From assembly GCA_937139155.1 (NCBI GenBank), contig CAKZPI010000032.1:44969-108968 (forward strand): 64,000 nucleotides of DNA, in the 5' to 3' direction. The notes beneath the pieces were generated by a model. The model saw only the letters and a list, made by a program, of their open reading frames with translations, had not been told where the DNA came from and did no database searches. Shown here piece by piece: positions 58,353 to 64,000 of this stretch. How positions within the stretch are numbered: position 1 is the stretch's first letter; every line of letters begins with the position of its first letter. This DNA is from an uncultured Flavobacteriales bacterium (lineage in GTDB: Bacteria; Bacteroidota; Bacteroidia; Flavobacteriales; JBLHRE01). A program made the position numbers and the translations under genes.

Positions 58353-59372
58353 ATGAGGCAAATTTTATTCATCTTGGTATTTTGGTCATCCATTGCATCT
58401 GCGCAAATCGGAGGGCAAACGGTTTACGGGGTACTTGACTTGGCGGGCTCAGCCCATGTTCAGGCCTTGGGCGGAACCTTAATAAACCGCCCAGGTGCTG
58501 ACCTGAACTTTGCCTTTGAAAACCCAGCCCTTTTAAATGAATCCATGAGGGGTAAAATAGGATTGAACTGGTCTAGTTTTTACGGCGGGGTGAAATACGG
58601 TAACCTCAGTCATGTAATGCCTTCCAAGAAATTCGGACAGCTTGGCTTCAATCTCAGGTACATAAATTATGGAAGTTTTGATCAAGCCAATGGTTTGGGG
58701 CAAATTACTGGAGAGTTCTCTGCCGGAGATTACGTGTTGGAAGCCGCTTGGTCTAAAAGTTTAGATTCCAATACCAGCATCGGAGTGAAGCCTGAATTGG
58801 TTTATAGCTATATAGAACAATATACTTCTGCTGGCCTTGCCCTTACCCTTGGGGCCTATCATAAAACCAAAAAAGGATTTGATTTGGCTTTATTGGTACG
58901 ACATATGGGGGCTCAGATTGTGGCCTATGATAAGCAAAGGGAACCAATGCCTTTTGAAGTCCTCTTCGGCATCGGTAAATCCCTAGAACATGCGCCTTTC
59001 CGTTGGAGCATTACCCTTCATGACCTAAACCGATTTGACCTCCGATACGAAGATCCAAGCCGGGTAAGTAGAGACCCCATTACCGGGGAAATCATCAAGG
59101 AAGAAATCACCCTTGGAGACAATTTATTAAGGCATGCCATCTTCGGAGTTGAAATTTTCCCGGAAGGAAACCTTACTGCTCGTATAGCCTATAACCACCA
59201 GCGAAGTAGAGAGATGAAAATTGAACTTTACGGAAGAAATGTAGGCTGGTCTTGGGGCATGGGATTAAAATTCAAAAGATTTCAGTTAAACTACAGTCGG
59301 GCCCGGTACCATATAACCGGGGCTTCCAACCATTTTTCATTGATAACCACCTTGAATAAGCTCTACCAATGA
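58353..59372 (+). CDS. porQ: Type IX secretion system protein PorQ-like outer-membrane beta-barrel
   Basis: 'AQIGGQTVYGVLDLAGSAHVQALGG' matches the PorQ N-terminal pattern. I chose the start at ATG 58353, after the terminator. ATGA overlap with cmk. Confidence 0.65.
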   Translation: MRQILFILVFWSSIASAQIGGQTVYGVLDLAGSAHVQALGGTLINRPGADLNFAFENPALLNESMRGKIGLNWSSFYGGVKYGNLSHVMPSKKFGQLGFNLRYINYGSFDQANGLGQITGEFSAGDYVLEAAWSKSLDSNTSIGVKPELVYSYIEQYTSAGLALTLGAYHKTKKGFDLALLVRHMGAQIVAYDKQREPMPFEVLFGIGKSLEHAPFRWSITLHDLNRFDLRYEDPSRVSRDPITGEIIKEEITLGDNLLRHAIFGVEIFPEGNLTARIAYNHQRSREMKIELYGRNVGWSWGMGLKFKRFQLNYSRARYHITGASNHFSLITTLNKLYQ

Positions 59373-60043
59373 GTAAAGTAATAGCAGTGGATGGATATTC
59401 ATCTACCGGCAAAAGCACCCTTGCCAAAGCCTTAGCCAAAAGATTGAACTTTACCTATATTGATACAGGCGCCATGTATCGGGCAGTCACCTTATTCGCT
59501 TTGCGCGAAAACTGTTTTGAAGCCATGGACTTAAAGGCTTGTTTGACTCCTAAACTGTCTCAGGTAAGCATAGGTTTTGAGAAAAAAGAACAGGGGCAAG
59601 AGGTTACCCTTAACGGGGAAAATATTGAGGCTGAAATTCGAGGGATGAGGGTCTCTAGCCGGGTGAGTGAGGTTGCGGCCCTATCAGAGGTGCGAAGGTT
59701 CTTGGTAGATCAGCAAAGAATCATGGGAGCCTCAGGGCAAGGGGTGGTCATGGATGGAAGAGATATTGGCTCAGTGGTTTTTCCAGATGCCTTTCTAAAA
59801 ATATTTGTAACCGCTGATCCTGAGATTCGGGCAAAAAGGAGGTTTGAAGAATTGCAAGGAAAGGGTGAGATAATCTCCTTGGAAGATGTGAAAACCAACC
59901 TGGCCCAAAGAGACCATCTAGACACTAGCCGAGAGGATAGTCCGCTCATTCAAACTGAGGACGCAAGAGTTTTAGACAATACCCATTTAACCAGGCAAGA
60001 GCAAGAAGATTTGGCGTATTCCTGGGCTCAGGAATTGCTGTAA
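59369..60043 (+). CDS. cmk: Cytidylate kinase
   Basis: P-loop 'DGYSSTGKST', 'IDTGAMYRA' and 'DGRDIG'. Confidence 0.9.
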   Translation: MSKVIAVDGYSSTGKSTLAKALAKRLNFTYIDTGAMYRAVTLFALRENCFEAMDLKACLTPKLSQVSIGFEKKEQGQEVTLNGENIEAEIRGMRVSSRVSEVAALSEVRRFLVDQQRIMGASGQGVVMDGRDIGSVVFPDAFLKIFVTADPEIRAKRRFEELQGKGEIISLEDVKTNLAQRDHLDTSREDSPLIQTEDARVLDNTHLTRQEQEDLAYSWAQELL

Positions 60044-61266
60044 TTCTGCTTAACTTCTTCTAGAGCTTCTTCCGGGTTCCTATGGTCTTGAACTAGGCTA
60101 AGAACCTTGTGAATCACTTCATCTACAACGGCGTCCGGACAAGAAGCACCGCTTGTAATTGCAATCTGTAAAGGCGATTTATTCAAGAGAAATTTCTCGG
60201 TTGTCTCAATTACCTTTTCATGCTGATTAAAATGAGAAATGGAGCCGTCCTCAGAAATGCAACCTGCTCCTTCTATATAGTAGGTTGGGAATTTTTCCTC
60301 CAATAATTCAGCAAGGTGAGAGGTATTCGATGAATTATATCCTCCAACCACAATGGCCAAGTCTGCCGGAGCTTGCAGCAGGTCTAAGGTTGCATTCTGA
60401 TTTTCATTGGTTGCATAACAAAGGGTATCGCGGGTATCGGCAAAATGGTTTCTGATTTCCTCAATCCCGTAATGATCCTCCATTGATTTTTTGATGAAAT
60501 CGGCGATGGCTTGGGTTTCGGTGGCGAGCATAGTGGTTTGGTTCACAACACCTACTTTCTTAAAATGAATTTCTGGATCAAAACCAGGGGTATATTTCCC
60601 TTCAAACTCTTTGTAAAAGGCTGGTTTTGATTTTTTCTGAGTCATGTATTCAGACAGGGCCTTTGCTTCATTCATATCGCGAATTACAACCGCATGACTA
60701 TGTTCGGCTGAATGGCTAAACGTTGCTCTGGTTTCTTCATGCTCATGTTTACCATGGATGATGATGGTATGGTCGGTTTCCCCGAGCTTTGCGGCTTTTT
60801 TCCAAACCCTTGTAACGAAAGGGCAGGTGGTGTCAAAAGCGGCGATTTCAATTCCTTTCTTTTTCAGAAGATCCTCAATTTCTCGGGTGGTTCCGAAGGC
60901 AGGGGTGATTACAATGTCATCTCCATGAACCTCATCCCAAGGCACCAATTGATTGCCTTCTGTGTCTTGAATGAATTTGAGTCCGCGATCTAGAAGGTCA
61001 GCATTAACCAGCGGATTGTGGATCATTTGAGAAAGCAGGTAGATATTCCGGTTGGGGTGGTCATTTAAGGTTCGATAGGAAATCTCAATGGCATTTTCAA
61101 CACCATAACAAAACCCAAAATGTCTGGCGATGTGAAATTTAACATTTCCAAAATTTAAAAGGGTAGGGCTGGGGTCTTTTTTCTTGGGGTCAGACGCGGA
61201 ACGAATGTTCTTGATTTGCCCGATTAGGGGCGATTTATAATAAACCGGAATATCAAAACTTTTCAT
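60028..61266 (-). CDS. ispH: 4-hydroxy-3-methylbut-2-enyl diphosphate reductase, long (~410 aa) form
   Basis: 'FGFCYGVENAI', 'TCPFV' and 'SSNTSHL' carry the three Fe-S cysteines. About 50-aa N-terminal extension plus insertions. Confidence 0.9.
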   Translation of the reverse strand: MKSFDIPVYYKSPLIGQIKNIRSASDPKKKDPSPTLLNFGNVKFHIARHFGFCYGVENAIEISYRTLNDHPNRNIYLLSQMIHNPLVNADLLDRGLKFIQDTEGNQLVPWDEVHGDDIVITPAFGTTREIEDLLKKKGIEIAAFDTTCPFVTRVWKKAAKLGETDHTIIIHGKHEHEETRATFSHSAEHSHAVVIRDMNEAKALSEYMTQKKSKPAFYKEFEGKYTPGFDPEIHFKKVGVVNQTTMLATETQAIADFIKKSMEDHYGIEEIRNHFADTRDTLCYATNENQNATLDLLQAPADLAIVVGGYNSSNTSHLAELLEEKFPTYYIEGAGCISEDGSISHFNQHEKVIETTEKFLLNKSPLQIAITSGASCPDAVVDEVIHKVLSLVQDHRNPEEALEEVKQNYSNS

Positions 61267-61300
61267 ACCGCGAAGGTACGTAATAGACGGGTTTTAGGCT

Positions 61301-61972
61301 TTAAAAACTCGGACATTCATTGGAGCCTGATTTCCCTCTTTTGTTTCGGAGTGTTTTAGAAATCTCAAGCGTAAAATGGTAATAAAAATCATTGAAATTG
61401 TACCCGTTGCTAGGTACTTCCATGGCGTCTAAATAATCGGTAGTGGTAATGTGGTAGGTAAATTCCCCTCCCAAAGACCAGGATCGATCAAGCGGAATTC
61501 TCCACCCGAAACCAAGCATGGCTGCAGCATTTAGGGCTGCTTGCTGGGTTTGTCGGGTTTCTTCCCCAGCGCGGATTGACACGGGCTCAAAGAGGTAGAA
61601 AGCATTCAGACCAATTAGGCTAAACACCTTCACCTGTTCATTTTTCACCAGGTTGTATTCCAGTTGATTTGTGATTTCAAATAGGTTGGTTCGGTATGAC
61701 AAACCCCGGCTTTCGTTTGTGTGAAGAGTATCGGCTCCTGCTAGTTGAGCATAGTTAAGCCCAGTTTTCCAAGAGAAACTTGGATTTAAGTACTTCCGTG
61801 TAAAGATTCCAATTTGGGGCCGAATTTCCTGGATTAATGATGCAGGGTTGTTGGTGGTGGAAATGTCATTTTGAGAGTTTCCCGAACCCAGTTGTAGTCC
61901 AAGGGAACGTGACTGGCCAAAGGATTGACTTCCGAAAAAAAGAAAAGCGAAAAAAAAGAAAAGCGCTTTCAT
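61301..61972 (-). CDS. Putative outer-membrane beta-barrel protein
   Basis: Signal peptide 'MKALFFFFAFLFFGSQSFGQ' and beta-strand periodicity. I chose the start at ATG 61972. Confidence 0.5.
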   Translation of the reverse strand: MKALFFFFAFLFFGSQSFGQSRSLGLQLGSGNSQNDISTTNNPASLIQEIRPQIGIFTRKYLNPSFSWKTGLNYAQLAGADTLHTNESRGLSYRTNLFEITNQLEYNLVKNEQVKVFSLIGLNAFYLFEPVSIRAGEETRQTQQAALNAAAMLGFGWRIPLDRSWSLGGEFTYHITTTDYLDAMEVPSNGYNFNDFYYHFTLEISKTLRNKRGKSGSNECPSF

Positions 61973-62116
61973 GGCTAGGGCGAATAAGTGTAACGGGTGC
62001 AAAAATAAAAGTCTGATAAGCCTATGGACTGAGGCAAATCAGGTTTGAATGCTTACATAGCAAATATGCCATTTTTTTTATTGAGTTTAACCTTTCTGTG
62101 AAAGGATTTATTTTCT

Positions 62117-62124
62117 TACTTTTG
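62117..62124 (+). promoter_or_regulatory. Candidate -7 promoter box (TACTTTTG) for rpsA
   Basis: Exact TAnnTTTG match followed by GCACTCC, the same downstream heptamer as at rpmE2. Implies a ~110-nt leader. Confidence 0.45.
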
Positions 62125-62239
62125 CACTCCTTTTCAACGGATAACCGGATGAGTTGGAAAGGGTTGAGATTCAAGTAGAAATTCTTTCGGAAGCATCCCA
62201 ACATCCGGGCAACCGAAATACAAAAAAGCTCTGAAGACT

Positions 62240-64000
62240 ATGTCAGAGGAAAACAAAAAAGCTGCCGAAACTGAAGCAGCTGCAAAAACAGAAGAGGTAA
62301 AAGCTGAAGAAGCTCAGCAAGAAACCTCAACCCCCACCGAAGAAGCTGAAGCCCCAGCTCCCAAGACTCCAAAAGCTAAAACTACCAAGAGGTCAGCCAA
62401 AAAGGTTGAAGTTGAGGAAGTAGAGGAAGAAGAGGAGGATGTAAATCCGTTGGAAGATGAGGATGATGATCCCAATGCAAGAGTAACCAGCCCTGATGAA
62501 GACAAAGACTTCGACTGGGATGCTTACGAGGATGGATTGAAATCTTACGGAGAGAAGGAAGAAAACCAACTTCGCGAAATGTATGCTGACACCCTTAACA
62601 CCTTCGAGGAAAACGAAGTGGTTATTGGTAAGGTAACCAATAGAACAGATCGTGAGGCCATCATTGACATCAACTCTAAATCAGAAGGGGTTGTTTCATT
62701 GAATGAGTTCAGGTACAATCCAGATCTAGCAGTAGGTGACGAAGTAGAGGTTCTTATTGACAAGCAAGAAGATAAGAACGGTTCAATGGTGCTTTCACAC
62801 CGTAAAGCCCGTGCCATTAAGGCTTGGGACCGCGTGAACGAAGTCTTTGAAACTGAAGAAATTGTTCAAGGATATGTGAAGTGTCGTACCAAAGGTGGTA
62901 TGATCGTTGACGTATTCGGAATTGAAGCCTTCCTTCCAGGATCACAAATTGATGTGAAGCCTATTCGTGACTACGATCAGTATGTAGATAAGACCATGGA
63001 ATTCAAGGTGGTGAAAATCAACCAAGAGTTCAAAAACGTGGTTGTTTCTCACAAAGCTCTTATTGAGGCCGATCTTGAACAGCAGAAGAAAGAAATTATT
63101 TCTAAGCTTGAAAAAGGTCAGGTACTTGAAGGTGTTGTGAAAAACGTTACTTCTTACGGGGTGTTTATTGACCTTGGAGGTGTTGACGGTTTGATTCACA
63201 TTACCGACCTATCTTGGAGCCGCATCAACCACCCATCAGAGGTAGTTGAAATGGACGAGAAGTTGAACGTTGTAATTCTTGACTTCGACGAAGACAAGAC
63301 GCGTATCCAACTTGGTCTTAAGCAGCTTCAAAAGCATCCTTGGGAAGCGCTTAGCGAAGAAATCAACATCGGAGATAAAGTGAAGGGTAAAGTTGTAGTT
63401 ATTGCTGACTATGGCGCCTTCGTTGAAATTGCTCCTGGAGTTGAGGGTCTAGTTCACGTTTCTGAAATGAGCTGGTCTACCCACCTTCGTTCTGCTCAAG
63501 ACTTCGTGAAAGTAGGTGATGAAGTAAATTGTCAAGTGCTTACCCTTGATCGGGAAGAGCGTAAGATGAGCCTTGGAATGAAGCAGTTGAGCCCAGATCC
63601 ATGGACCGACATTACCGAGAAATATCCTAAAAATAGCCAGCACAAAGGAGTGGTAAGAAACTTTACCAACTTCGGAGTATTTGTTGAGCTTGAAGAAGGT
63701 ATTGATGGCTTGATTCACATCTCTGACCTTTCATGGACCAAAAAGGTTAAGCATCCAGCTGATTTCACCAGCATTGGTGAAGAAATGGAAGTTGCCGTTC
63801 TTGATATTGACACTGAAAACCGTCGCTTAAGCTTAGGCCACAAACAATTGGAAGAGAATCCGTGGGATACCTACCAAACTGTTTTCACCTTGAACTCTGT
63901 TCACGAAGGTGAAATTGCCGAAGTAAACGAAAAAGGTGCTACCGTTAATTTCAAAGAAACCGGTGCCGAAGGTTTTGTTCCTACACGTCACATGAAGAAA
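62240..64000 (+). CDS. rpsA: 30S ribosomal protein S1 (3' end lies outside the window), with a ~90-aa charged N-terminal extension
   Basis: My own translation from ATG 62240 stays open to the window end and gives repeated S1 domains ('GKV......A.IDI..K.EG', 'GYVK.RTKGG', 'GVVKNVTSYGVFIDLGGVDGLIHI.D.SW'). It is absent from the ORF track because no stop lies in the window. Confidence 0.9.
   Translation, partial: MSEENKKAAETEAAAKTEEVKAEEAQQETSTPTEEAEAPAPKTPKAKTTKRSAKKVEVEEVEEEEEDVNPLEDEDDDPNARVTSPDEDKDFDWDAYEDGLKSYGEKEENQLREMYADTLNTFEENEVVIGKVTNRTDREAIIDINSKSEGVVSLNEFRYNPDLAVGDEVEVLIDKQEDKNGSMVLSHRKARAIKAWDRVNEVFETEEIVQGYVKCRTKGGMIVDVFGIEAFLPGSQIDVKPIRDYDQYVDKTMEFKVVKINQEFKNVVVSHKALIEADLEQQKKEIISKLEKGQVLEGVVKNVTSYGVFIDLGGVDGLIHITDLSWSRINHPSEVVEMDEKLNVVILDFDEDKTRIQLGLKQLQKHPWEALSEEINIGDKVKGKVVVIADYGAFVEIAPGVEGLVHVSEMSWSTHLRSAQDFVKVGDEVNCQVLTLDREERKMSLGMKQLSPDPWTDITEKYPKNSQHKGVVRNFTNFGVFVELEEGIDGLIHISDLSWTKKVKHPADFTSIGEEMEVAVLDIDTENRRLSLGHKQLEENPWDTYQTVFTLNSVHEGEIAEVNEKGATVNFKETGAEGFVPTRHMKK

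Noticed and set aside
62314-63718. Four minus-strand ORFs (62314-62505, 62545-62817, 62942-63199, 63449-63718) listed in the ORF track
   Set aside because: They lie antisense to a continuous plus-strand frame that translates into clear S1 domains. The first is just the reverse reading of GAA/GAG-rich codons (poly-Ser). They are spurious.
1-64000. Searched by eye for CRISPR repeats, transposase/integrase genes, inverted terminal repeats, phage genes, toxin-antitoxin pairs and known defence-system signatures
   Set aside because: None was found. tRNA-Pro is not flanked by an integrase or direct repeats. The window reads as core chromosome.

Overview
This 64-kb window looks like ordinary core chromosome from a Bacteroidota organism, probably Flavobacteriia-like. 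The evidence for that placement is: T9SS type-A and type-B C-terminal sorting domains, a PorQ homologue, a TonB-dependent receptor/DUF4249 pair, TAnnTTTG-type -7 promoter boxes, and very tight gene packing with many ATGA/TAATG start-stop overlaps. I support about 55 protein genes. Most are housekeeping: guaB, dapF, mltG, trxB, gcvT, serA/serC, lon, cmk, ispH, rpmE2, rpsA, gap, htrA, MoxR, an M16 peptidase pair and three SurA/parvulin-type genes. I also support one RNase P RNA, one tRNA-Pro(GGG), about a dozen intrinsic terminators and several candidate promoters. I found no transposase, integrase, phage gene, CRISPR array, rRNA or recognisable defence gene. The most unusual locus is a five-gene, translationally coupled minus-strand operon at 27.9-31.9 kb. 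It encodes a stressosome module (RsbR-RsbS-RsbT homologues) followed by a GHKL-kinase+PP2C fusion and a GHKL-kinase+HisKA/HATPase histidine-kinase fusion. No sigma-B, RsbV or RsbW is present, so the output looks like a two-component pathway. This wiring is known from comparative genomics but is, to my knowledge, uncharacterised in this phylum. Secondary observations: a 7-haem cytochrome c/TPR protein inside a dapF-mltG unit; a structured, terminator-ended intergenic element upstream of a Usp-SulP pair; a SulP with an unassigned ~190-aa C-terminal extension; a DUF1015-YggS-receiver unit; long-form GAPDH and IspH; an S1 protein with a ~90-aa charged N-terminal extension; and tandem lipocalin-like lipoprotein paralogues. 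All functional calls rest on motifs I recognise by eye. No database search was run.
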